Source: Eledone cirrhosa (taxonomy: Eukaryota). Taken from it: 64,000 bases of DNA. Position 1 is the stretch's first letter. Every line of letters starts with the position of its first letter. The notes under the pieces were generated by a model. That model did not search any database. It saw nothing but the letters and a program-made list of their open reading frames with translations, and had not been told where the DNA came from. The translations under genes were made by a program, and so were the position numbers. Of the stretch, positions 30,755 to 42,463 are shown in pieces. The stretch covers positions 57,164,001 through 57,228,000 of the forward strand of contig OZ024745.1 of the NCBI GenBank assembly GCA_964016885.1. The letters are read 5' to 3'.

Positions 30755-30790
30755 AGTGAGTGTGAAAGACCAAAGGGTATTATTGATTGT
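30485..30790. mobile_element. Family H fold-back element, copy 2, within a second inverted repeat
   Basis: Near-perfect hairpin 30638-30721 centred on TTCGAA. Outer IR 30580-30618 / 30751-30788. Confidence 0.85.
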
Positions 30791-31045
30791 CTCTGGAATA
30801 TAAATACTTCATATTGTTTTTATTGGAGAAGGTAAGCTACTTTCCCACAAAAATTTGATTGCACTGTTTTGTTTCCAAAATATTATTTATTTATTATAAA
30901 AAATAAATGATAGCATCGTATATGTAGAATCGGTGGAGATCCTGATCTTGGGTTAATTATTTTGATTATCTTAACAAACAAACGAATAATATATATATAT
31001 TATTATATATATATATTATTCGCCGAATAATATATATATATTTAT

Positions 31046-31070
31046 TAGCCCTTGTGGCTAATAAAGAAAT
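31046..31070 (+). mobile_element. Extreme 3' end of the Tx1-like LINE family
   Basis: TAGCCCTTGTGGCTAATAAAGAAA matches 3478-3501. Confidence 0.65.
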
Positions 31071-31126
31071 CAATATATATATATATATATATAAATGTAT
31101 TCTGGGTTTTTCCAATATTAATAATT

Positions 31127-31307
31127 TTTTCTACTTTAGGCACACGGCCAGCAAATACCCAGTGCATTACTGGTACTTTATTTTATCGACCCCGTAAGGA
31201 TGAAAGGAAAAGTCAACCTCTCCGGGATTTGAACTCAGATCGTAAAGGGACGTAACTATGCTGGAAAGCATGGCGTCCGACCCTCTACCGATACTGCCAA
31301 TCCACCG
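31127..31307 (-). mobile_element. tRNA-derived Nin/Deu-domain SINE
   Basis: Close match to 7042-7226. Confidence 0.9.
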
Positions 31308-32344
31308 TCTCATTTCTATATTTATAGCCATGTCAGTAGAATGAACTTTTCATTATTGCTCGTGTGTTTGCATGCAAACAGAATTGTAGACACTAATGTT
31401 TCTGGGCATCACTCTTCATCAGTACAGCTCACTGTTCACATGCCAACTCTCAGAGCTAGTGAAAATATGTGCTATTTTCTAAAATATACAGTGACAAATC
31501 GGCCGGATTTGCATATTAGCAGACTGGCTGATCAGTCAGATATGCGTATTAGCAGACCCACTGATCAGTCAGATTTGCATATCAGCAGATTGGCCAGTCA
31601 GTTACCTGTATACGACCGATAAATGGCCGGCTTTGCCAAATTCAAATAAAAAAGAAAATGTTCGCTCTACATGGCTGAATACAATAAATGTAATCTGAGT
31701 TTTTCGAATGTTAATTATATCATTTGATTCCTTTACAAACAAGCCTCATTTTCATTGCCATGTCAGTAGAATTAACTCTTCATTCTTGCTTTTGTGTTGG
31801 CATGTAACCAGAGCTGCAGACACTATTGTTTCTGGGTATCACCGTTCATCAGTACAGCTCACTGCTCACCTGCCAACTGTCAGAGTTAGTGAAAATATAT
31901 GTTATTTCCTAAAATAAACAGTGACTAATCGGCCTGATTTGCATATTAGCAGACTTTTTATTTGAATTTGTGTATTAGCAGACTTATTGTATTTGGAGTT
32001 GGCAAAGCCGGCCATTTATCGCTCGTATACAGGAAACTGACTGGCCAGTGTGCTGATGTCCAAATCTTGCTGATCAGTGGATCTGCCAATACGCAGATCT
32101 GACTGATCAGCCAGTCTGCTAATATACAAATCAGGCGGATCAGTCACTGCATGTTTTAGAAAATAACCTATATTTTCACTAGCCTGACAGTTGGCAGTTA
32201 AACAGTAACCTGTACGGATGAAAGGTGAAATCCAGAAACAGTTCTGTTTACTTGGCAACACAAGAGCAAGAATGAAGAGTTCCTTCTACTGACATGGCTA
32301 TGTAAAGGTGGCTTGTTTGCATAATTCCAAACTAATCGACTTTA

Positions 32345-32445
32345 TGTTCTGAGTTCAAATCCCGCTGAGGTTAACTTTGCCTTTCATCCTCACGGGGTCG
32401 ATAAAATAAAAACCAGTAATGCACTGGCCTTGTGCCAAACGTTAA
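32345..32445 (+). mobile_element. Partial SINE (B-box to tail)
   Basis: GAGTTCAAATCCCGCTGAGGTTAACTTTGCCTTTCATCC... Confidence 0.85.
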
Positions 32446-32536
32446 AATAATTATTAATATTCGAAAAACTCGGGTTACATTTATTGTATTCAGTCATGTA
32501 GAGCGAAAATGTTCTTATATATATATATATATATAT

Positions 32537-33668
32537 TAGAAAGTGAGGTTTTTTTTACAAAATGAAAAATAACCGAGGTGTCCTACACGAGTGAAAGTAT
32601 AAAGAAAAAGAGATGAAATCGAAAATGCAACTGGAGTCATATTTTTAAAAAAAATATATATATATTTATTTGGTTCCTTTACCGGTTTCGCAGTTCTTCT
32701 GCTTTTCAAAGGGTGAGTTGAGATAAAGGGTCTGTAGTTTTTCTCACATCTGGTTGGTCTCTGAATGTTACTTGTTTTATATGGAAAAAGTGGCTCGAAA
32801 TGCCAGGTTTTTTTAGAAGTAATTTGATTGGTTTGTCAATAATTATAATAAATTTCGCGCCAGTTCGCCTTACAATAGTTCTTCAAATAAGAGGGGGGGT
32901 TGTCACAGGTTGTTTTTTCATATATGAGTGTTTGAATTTCTTTTTACTTGAAAAAAGGGGCTCACGAAGGCTTTTTGGGGTTGGTTATAAATGAAATTAT
33001 GGCTGTCATGTGAACAAGTTTTCAGAAATTTTCGTGCCCTTATTTGGAAATCCATTCTGTAGCCTTTTTAGAGAATGTTGTCATAAGTGAAAGATAATGG
33101 TCAAGAGAAAGGGATGGGAGAATTGTTCTGGTTCAGTGAATATGGTTAGTTCGCTGGGGTGTCAGAATTCAGATTTTCTATTGAATAAAGAAAGTAACGA
33201 TATGTATGTTTATTTGTGTGCTTGTGTGTGTGTGCGTGTGTGTGTGTTGTGTGTGTGTGTGTTTGAATTTTTTACTTTAATAAAAGGGTGGCTCACGAAG
33301 GCTTTTTTTTTTTTTTTCAAGTAAAAAGAAATTCAAACACTCATATATGAAAAAACAACCTGTGACAACCCCCCCTCTTATTTGAAGAACTATTGTAACG
33401 CGAACTGGCGCGAAATTTATTATAATTATTGACAAACCAATCAAATTACTTCTCTAAAAACCTCGCATTTCGAGCCACTTTTTCCATATAAAACAATAAC
33501 ATTCAGAGACCAACCAGATGTGAGAAAAACTACAGACCCTCTATCTCAACTCACCTTTTGAAAAGCAGAAGAACTGCGAAACCGGTAAAGGAACCAAATA
33601 AAGATATATATATTTTTTTTAAAAATAAGACTCCAGTTGCATTTTCGATTTCATCTCTTTTTCTTTAT
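32537..33668. mobile_element. Fold-back PLE 3'-end remnant with about 360-bp inverted arms and HHR variant
   Basis: 32598-32956 is the reverse complement of 33310-33668. Motif cctt-TTGAAAA-gcag aagaa ctgc-GAAA-CCGG-TA-aagg at 33554-33591. Confidence 0.8.
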
Positions 33669-33676
33669 ATATATAT

Positions 33677-33712
<36 letters not shown>

Positions 33713-34022
33713 ATGTCAATCATTGCAATTTTGAATCTAATTGACATGTAAAGTCATATATATATGAATAAGGTAAGCACAAATCATAGTAGATTCAAAT
33801 ATTACCGAGAGATAGAGAGAGCGTGTGTTTGTGTGTGAGTGAGTTAGTAAGAGAGGGGGGATGAGGTGCAACAGAAATGAAAGATGGATTACAGGTTAAG
33901 ATATAATCTAGATAGACGAGAAACAAAACGATTTAGAAGTTGACCTTAGGTAGGAGCAATAACATTAAGAAAGACATGATCGATATCAATGGAACATTTT
34001 TAGAAGTAGGTTTATAAGTATT

Positions 34023-34278
34023 AATTTTCCTTACACTTTCGTAGCTGTCTCAGTGGACTAGCATTAGGTACTAGAGACGGTGGAGATCTTGGCCTTGGGT
34101 TCAATCCTGGTCGAGAGGTGCATGTAGAATTTTTCAGTTTTTATTTTACCTCCCATAGAAAAAAACTGAAAAGTTTTACTCTAGTCCCGAGCAGGATGGA
34201 ACTTCAGACCAGGATCACCACCGTCTATTATTCCTCCAACTAGGCCGTCGAGACATCTACAAAAGGGCAATGAAAATT
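34023..34278. mobile_element. Palindromic element made of two inverted tRNA-like arms
   Basis: Left arm has an A-box-like start and GGGTTCAATCC. The right arm is a diverged reverse complement. Confidence 0.6.
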
Positions 34279-34412
34279 TATAATTATAAACCAAGTTTCA
34301 AAATCAAACTTAAAAAGATGTGATGTGGTTCATGGCTTTTCTAGAGCTATTAGTCAGATTTAGCGTCGACTTGTCAATAGTCTGGGTCTTTGGTAATAAC
34401 ATTTATTACTCC

Positions 34413-34480
<68 letters not shown>

Positions 34481-34484
<4 letters not shown>

Positions 34485-35569
34485 GGAGGTGAGTTTTATT
34501 GTAGTACAATAAAGCAATGCAGATATCAGATAAGTAGCACTCTACAGTTTGTAGGACTGGAGTATACATAATATAAGATCAAAAGATGGTTAAAGGAGTT
34601 CCATGTATTTTATCATGCGCATTTCAAAAACAAATATCATCATGCGATGACATTTGCGTTTTCGTCAGATAAAATAGGGAGACATGATATGAAGGTTAAA
34701 AAACACTTGTGAATAGTGCAATTTTAAATCAACATATGAAAAGTAGTTTTAGATTGATGTGTGATATTGGGAAAAAAAATTAGGGGGCGGGGGGTGGAAA
34801 GGATGAAAAAGAGGAGGAGATGAGAGTAAAGAATGGAGGGGGAGGAGTATAATAAGGAAGGATGAGATAGGAGGAGAGATGAGTGATACAGAGAGAGAGA
34901 TAGCTTTTATAACTGAGAACAATATATTGTTATACATAGAGGTTAAAAAACCGTTGGAAGATAATATATAAATGAAAAGAATTTGAAAATTAACGAAGAG
35001 AAGAATTTAAGAATAAGGTTAAATTAAGGTTTGTATATTGAAGGGTTTAATAATATATGCGATGAAAAGAAATTGTTAATATGTATTAAGAATAATATTT
35101 AATGGTTTAATAATATGTGCGATTGAAAGAAATTGTTGATATGTATTATTAAAAATATAAAAATATAACAATAGTAATGTAATTAAGGATATATTGTGAA
35201 AAGAAGTAGAAGAGTGGATGAATGGATGAATATGTGTAATGTGTATAAGTTAGATGAGCATGAAAGGGAGAAAAAAAATAATGAATTGAGGATGAATGTC
35301 AAAAAATGTTCATGTTTACGAAGGATTTTTCAAGGTGATATTATAAAGTATTTAAAAGGGTAAGGATATATTGTGGTGAGTAATAATGAGAATTGAGAAG
35401 TATCTAGGAAGAAAAGATAGAGATTAGAGGTTAGAAATTAAAAGAAAAAAGGAAAAAAAAGAAAGAAAGGGAAGTGATAAATAGGAGTGATATAGAATGA
35501 GTAACTAGTATTATATAATGTATAATAAATAACATTAAATAAGGTAGAGAGATGGGTATATTTTTAAAG

Positions 35570-35645
<76 letters not shown>

Positions 35646-36257
35646 CGATTATGTTAGTTAACTCCTCCTCGAATTGCACTAGATTTTTGTTGGAAGGAGG
35701 ATTTCTTCTAGAAATAAATAAATGATCGAGAAAGTTATGTTCCTTGGTATAGAAGTTCCCTTTTAGGCGCTGGTCTTAGAAATAAGCTATCCATCTAAGC
35801 CTTCTTATAAAGGAGTCAGATTTTTCAATTAGAAGTTTGGTGAATTCAGATTTACCAGGTATAGGAATGTCTTTAGTTGAAGTGGTTATATTGTAATAAT
35901 CCATGTTGTAGAAGAAAAAGTAAAGGACCATCAAAAGGTATCCAATATGAGAGCTAGCGCTCAACCGTTAAGGAGCAAGTTAATGTAGGAGATGAGTTTT
36001 ATTGTAGTACAATAAAGCAATGCAGATATCGGATAAGTAGCACACTATATTTTGTAGGACTGGATTATAAATAATATATAAGATCAAAAGAGGGTTAAAA
36101 GAGTTCCATGTATTTTATTATGCGCATTTCAAAAACAAATATCATCATGCGATGACATTTGCGTTTTCGTCAGATAAAATATGGAGACATGATATGAAGG
36201 TTAAAAAACACTTGTGAATAGTGCAGTTTTAAATCAACATATGAAAAGTAGTTTTAG
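34481..36257 (-). mobile_element. Internally deleted PLE (family D): pLTR, ORF N-terminus, (TA)n, 3' UTR, pLTR
   Basis: About 270-bp direct repeats 34481-34752 and 35984-36257, each with an HHR. MDYYNITTSTKDIPIPGKSEFTKLLIEKSDSFIRRLRW from 35904 is homologous to the PLE-A and PLE-C N-termini. Confidence 0.88.
36111..36181 (-). ncRNA. Hammerhead ribozyme, PLE-D 5' pLTR (copy at 34606-34676 has an AUG triplet)
   Basis: tattttat-CUGACGA-stem (caaatgtcatc/gatgatatttg)-GAAA-UGCGCA-UA-ataaaata. Perfect 8-bp helix I. Confidence 0.88.
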
Positions 36258-36507
36258 TTTACTGCGTTGCTTTTAGTTTTTATTATATTTTCATGAGCTT
36301 TAAGCAAAAGATATAGTTTAGAATGAAAAACATATGTCTGGACTAAATTGAGTACTATTATGTATTAATAATTATGTTACTGTTATTCTTTAAAATTAAT
36401 TTTTGTCAAGGACAGTTAAACGTTATACATAGTCATTCATACACACATATACATACGCATATATATATATACATATTCATATATATATATACATATTTAT
36501 ATATACA

Positions 36508-36577
<70 letters not shown>

Positions 36578-37223
36578 ATGGAAAGAGAGAGGCAGTTCAA
36601 GAGTAAACCAATTTTAAATAGAGAGATAGTGGTAGGATAGGAGAGATGGGTGAAGGTTTATAAGCAAAAGCTTAGAAGCGGTTGCTCGAGGTGCAGTATG
36701 CAGGGGAAAGCAGTTGGGAAACTGGATTCATGCGGAGGTTAGTTGTACAGAGCTGGAAATATTCAGTAGTTAAGCAAATCAAGACCACAAGCTCACATAG
36801 AAGACATTAATCGAAACGTATCAACATTAAGAGCAGTTTAATATAAAACAACGGGTAATAATGTCAGTTTACAATTGTTTTACTATTCCATCTAATGTTT
36901 CTGGATCAATCGATGGTAATATCGTTATTGATTTGGTGCAGAGAGAGTTAATTAACATAGAATACTATTATGGAGCAGCTCCTCAGAACATAAAGTTAGA
37001 TAATGAAAATATTAATATGTATAAAGTAGAAATAAAATAAAATAAAATAATAGGGCTACGTGTCTGTAAATAATCGTCGGATTAGCAGAAATATTATATG
37101 GTGTAGTGAAACAAGTGTAAACTGACATTATTACCCCCTATTGTATATTAAACTGCACTTAATGTTGATACGTTTCGACCAATGTCTTCTATGTGAGCTT
37201 TTGGTCTTGATTTGCTTAACTAC

Positions 37224-37275
<52 letters not shown>

Positions 37276-37283
37276 ATTATTAT

Positions 37284-37323
<40 letters not shown>

Positions 37324-37645
37324 CCAACATGGCTGGAACAGTGGCTGGAACTCTTCGCCTTCTTAGTACAGATCGTAGTAATCTTTATTCTGCTCTCTTC
37401 TCTTCTTCACATTCAACAACATCCAATGTCCCACATTGCTTAGTTTACTGCGTTGCTTTTAGTTTTTATTATATTTTCATGAGCTTTAAGCAAAAGATAT
37501 AGTTTAGAATGAAAAACATATGTCTGGACTAAATTGAGTACTATTATGTATTAATAATTATGTTACTGTTATTCTTTAAAATTAATTTTTGTCAAGGACA
37601 GTTAAACGTTGTACATCGTCATTCATACACACATATACATGCGCA
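36255..37645. repeat. About 190-bp direct repeat (36255-36450 / 37441-37640) enclosing an about 85-bp inverted repeat (36760-36846 / 37145-37229)
   Basis: Direct sequence comparison. Confidence 0.8.
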
Positions 37646-37732
37646 TATAATATGGGTGCACATATATACACTTATATTTACATACACGTACATATATATA
37701 TATACATATGTGTGTATGTGTGTATGTGTATG

Positions 37733-37764
<32 letters not shown>

Positions 37765-37797
37765 CATTTATATATTTATTTATATATTTATTTATAT

Positions 37798-37867
<70 letters not shown>

Positions 37868-38021
37868 GGGCTGTGCTTATTTATATTCAAATATATGTCC
37901 ACGGTAATGTGATGTCTGCTCGTGTTAGTTTCCCGTTACTTCCTCTCCTCCAATTCCTTCACGTCATGTTTTCTACGTATCCCTAATTTTATTCTTACAC
38001 CACCTCGTCCTCCCCTTCCAC

Positions 38022-38206
38022 CTACTACTACTACTACCACCACCGCCACCATCACCTCCACCACCACCACTACTACTACTACTACTATTACAACTACTAC
38101 TACTATTATTGCTGCTGCTACTGCTGCTAGGCTGCTGCTGCGGTTACTGTTACTGCTGCTACTACTACAACTACTACTACTGCTACTGCTACTACTACTG
38201 CTGCTG

Positions 38207-38253
<47 letters not shown>

Positions 38254-38314
38254 GCTGCTGCTGCTGATTGTGCTGCTGCTACTACTACTGATGCTGATGC
38301 TGATGCTGCTGCTA

Positions 38315-38392
<78 letters not shown>

Positions 38393-38425
38393 TTGCTGCT
38401 GCTACTGCTGCTTCTGCTGCTGTTG
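38022..38425. repeat. (CTA)n/(CTG)n/(CAC)n trinucleotide microsatellite
   Basis: Direct reading. Source of the poly-T/poly-L ORFs. Confidence 0.97.
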
Positions 38426-38752
38426 ATAACTTATCGCTCGTGATCATTGCTACATATATGGTGCTAATAACTTGTTTATTACATCGACAAGAAGTCTGTA
38501 AAATTACAGATGTTATCGAAACTCCAAGCAAGAGTTGTAGTAGACTAAATTATGATTGTAAATATTATCAAGTCCCAGAAACGTAATGAAGTAACACATG
38601 AGATGTCATCCGGGACTTACAGTATCCTAGCAATAGCGAAGTTGACTAAATCGGAAAGAAATTGGAGGAGGAGGAATACACTGAAAGCCGAATAGTTATA
38701 AATAGTTGAACGGAGTTGTAGTGCAGATAATGAATGGACTATATGTATTTAC

Positions 38753-38796
<44 letters not shown>

Positions 38797-39249
38797 CGTT
38801 TCTGAATTTGTTTAGCAAGATTCTTTATCTGAAAACGTGTGTTGAAACCGATATTGTTATTCTTTGGGAGGGGTCATGTTGCCAATAAGAAACACACGCA
38901 CCAGTTGCTATCACTCCAATTTATTATAAATTAAATTTATAAATTTAAGAATTTATAAATTTCCGGTTGGTTGGTTGGTTCCACAATCGGACGGTTGTTC
39001 ATATATTGTCAAAGTTCTTTCGTCACACATTATGTGACCTCTTCAGTGACTGGGCATTCTTTTCTTTGGTGTTGTGCCTCTCCTTTGTTCTGTCCTACGC
39101 CATCTTGTTTTTGTGTGTGTTGTTTGCTTAGTTTACGCATGTGTTACATCCGGGTGTCTGTGTGTGTTTATATTTGTTTATTTATTTGTTTATTTATATG
39201 TTACTGGTTGGTTGTTTGTTCTATGTGCGTGTGTGTTTTCATTTTGTTC

Positions 39250-39630
39250 TTAATTGTAAGTTGTGATGTTGCTGTTCCACTCATGTTTTCTATTTAATTT
39301 TGGTTGGAGTTCATTTATGTTTATTGCCTCTGTGATTTGTCTAAACATTGCGTCTTTTCTGTGTGTAGATTCTATTTTTATTTCTATGTTCTTTAACTTA
39401 CCCTTATGTTCTATTTTAGCATGTTGGTGGAGTACAGATGATTCTTTTCTAACTTGAAGCTCTCGCCAGTGTTCATTTATCTGTTCTCCTATACTACGAT
39501 CTGTCTCACCTATGTACACTATATTATTATCTCTACACTGTCCTTCAGTACATCTTATGCTATATACTACATTTCTAGTTTTACAATTAATATGGGGGCT
39601 TAGTTTACAGATTATACATTTCTTATCTAT
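39250..39630 (-). pseudogene. GIY-YIG endonuclease 3' fragment of a different PLE clade
   Basis: CIICKLSPHINCKTRNVVYSIRC...YIGETDRSIGEQINEH...RQITEAININELQPKLNRKHEW. Confidence 0.88.
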
Positions 39631-42203
39631 ACAAAATTACATTGGAGCCTCAAAAACAAAACAAAAACAAAATTAACAACATACGCACACACACATTCTA
39701 TGCGTCTCACCACCACCACAGTCTTAACAAACACACAGACACAGAAAACAGGTAATGACAGTAACACAGAAGTAAGGGAAGGTAATGGGATTGAAAGGAG
39801 AAGGGAGACTATCGATACTGACAGAGAAAATAACCAGGACGAACACACAGACACACAAAATAGAGTAGATAATAACAATGAGCCAGAAGAAAGAGACAGG
39901 AGTAATAATGAGAGACATAGAAACAACCATGAGGGTGTTGGTGGAAATATAAATAGAAACAACACAACTAACAATAACAATAGAAATAGTACACATAAAG
40001 CAGCATCCTGGAACTCTACGTTTTATAATCCCTCTGATATGTCCTTCGACCGACGACGAGTCCACGAAACGACTTTAGCTTCTAACAAACGCACGCAATT
40101 GCCGTCGCAGGTCGATGAACAAACAGAAGCACAATTTAGTATAGCTAGATCTCGTAACATACAACGGTAGTCGGAATATAAACACAGGCTTTTCACTATA
40201 CCTAGCCCAGCTTGACCCTATATAGGCACATACCTACACTAACCATGTTAGTATGGTTTATAAACATACCCATTGGCCGCTAACTGACAGCGCAGCAAAA
40301 TAGTCTGTCGAAAGCCCAGAAAATCCCGCCGCAACCATAAAGCGGGACAATTTGGCACCCGGGTTCTAGTTAACCGTAACCCTAAAGTGTGTAGTAGATC
40401 TAACCTAGTATAGTGAACTATGGGTGCAAGTCGTGTGGGCTGGGCGCCGCTGAATCGACCTAGCCATAGGGGGAAGGGGAGGTTGATCGCCGAGGGCTTC
40501 GAATCAAACAAAAGACTCGCCCCTAGCATCCCGTTGGATATCTAATTAATCCGCCCTTTATGACGCGAATTGCCTCCCATACCTTTCATACGTACACTAC
40601 GACGTCCTGTGTTTATATTCAGACTACCGTTGTGTGTTACGAGCGAGAGACTAATCTCTGAAAGTTGGAGTTAGTTGAATATGAATTGTGATCCAGCTTT
40701 GATGAATTATAGAACCACACTCAAGGCATAGTGCAGCACTGGATATTGAACTCCCGCCGACCCAGGAGGGGTCACACCCGACTGTGAATGGATTGCAGCC
40801 TCTGGAGTCAATAATCTAAACGAAAACCACGTGGCGGAAATATAAATAACATAGCTGTCATTGACAGATTTGGTTATATATTCTACAGAAATTTGCACTC
40901 ACTATAATAAACCCGCCTATTATTATAACAATATATGATCATTGTGCCATATGTGATTCTGGATGCGGAGTTTCCTATATACACTTTTTCTCTATATGTA
41001 ACGGGATAGCCATCACGATTTGTATTTACTGTGGTACAGTTGTATGCGATGAGGTACATTGGTTAAACGCCAACTTGGACATACAGTGAATTTCACCTGA
41101 CACGTTGGATTGAGCGACCGAACGTGAGGATTTTGAGGAATGCCAGTTTCTGCAGACCCGGTGTGTTTTCAATTTCCTCACATCTGTGCCGGCTGTATAT
41201 GTGCCATACATTTCTTTAACTCGTCGTACTTTCTTTTATTTTCATTTTAGATTTTAGGTGTATATCCCAGACCGCTTATGGTGATAAATCCCCTGGGTAT
41301 AGGTTTTAGAAAAATAATGTTATCGCACTTAACGTTCGGAACTGGAACATATCAATGTGGTTCGTAGGGTGCGGATATGATTAGGAGAATCGACCTGTTA
41401 CAAGGCGATATAATTGGAATACACCATCCCTCATATGGACTATCATACATGTAAGGCTGCACCACTGCTAACCAACTATTCTTTTCACAGACTCATGCTT
41501 GCAAACTCTCTTGATCTGCCTGTACACCCTACTTTTGCACTGCTTGTGCTTTGATGCATCTATGCTTTGCTTTGTCTTATATTTCTTTGGGGTTTCCGGG
41601 CTTTTTGTTCTTTTATTGTTTTGTATTTTTATATTTATCTCTTTTCTTATCCCAGGATTTTTGTACCTTCTTATTATTTTTTTTATTGTTTCTGATCATG
41701 CTGAGTAATACCTCCACTCATCCTTTGCTACCCTCTCCCAACATCTTTAACATCTATTGCACCATTTAAGTGATACATATTTGGAGTAACGTTTAATTTT
41801 TAAATTTTTAAGACATTTTATGACATTATGTGCTTCATGTATTCTGCCTTTTTCCATATAGCGCTGGCCTCGGGAACCCACTGCTGGTCCTTTAACCCTG
41901 TTCTGGTGACGCAGCTCGATGGAGCATGCAACTAATGATATACTCATGCTTATAGGGTCTGGTTATTCCTGCCATGGTGTATTGATGAAACACTGTTAGT
42001 TAATAAAACAATGTATTTCTAAGCACTCTTTGTTATTCCTATAACTATAACGGCTCTGTAGTATACTAGCTATCCTACATTGAGCTAAAACCACACTGTC
42101 ATACCAAGGGCAATATATCTGCATGTCTGGGCATATTGATATATTTGTTAACGAAATATATATATATATATATTTATTTATATATTATTTAAAATATTTA
42201 TTG

Positions 42204-42322
<119 letters not shown>

Positions 42323-42405
42323 TTATATATATATATATATATATATATATACTTATATATATATATATATATATATATATACTTATATATATATATATAT
42401 ATACT

Positions 42406-42463
<58 letters not shown>

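Larger units (their letters stand above)
31092..32512. repeat. Composite repeat: two direct and one inverted copy of a unit with 33-bp sub-repeats
   Basis: 31325-31650 recurs at 31757-31955 (direct) and 31990-32300 (inverted). Confidence 0.85.

Noticed and set aside
31490-31600. CRISPR-like spaced repeats
   Set aside because: These are contiguous degenerate tandem units with no unique spacers and no cas genes, in a eukaryotic context.
37922-38531. Poly-T/poly-L and poly-V ORFs
   Set aside because: Trinucleotide microsatellite.
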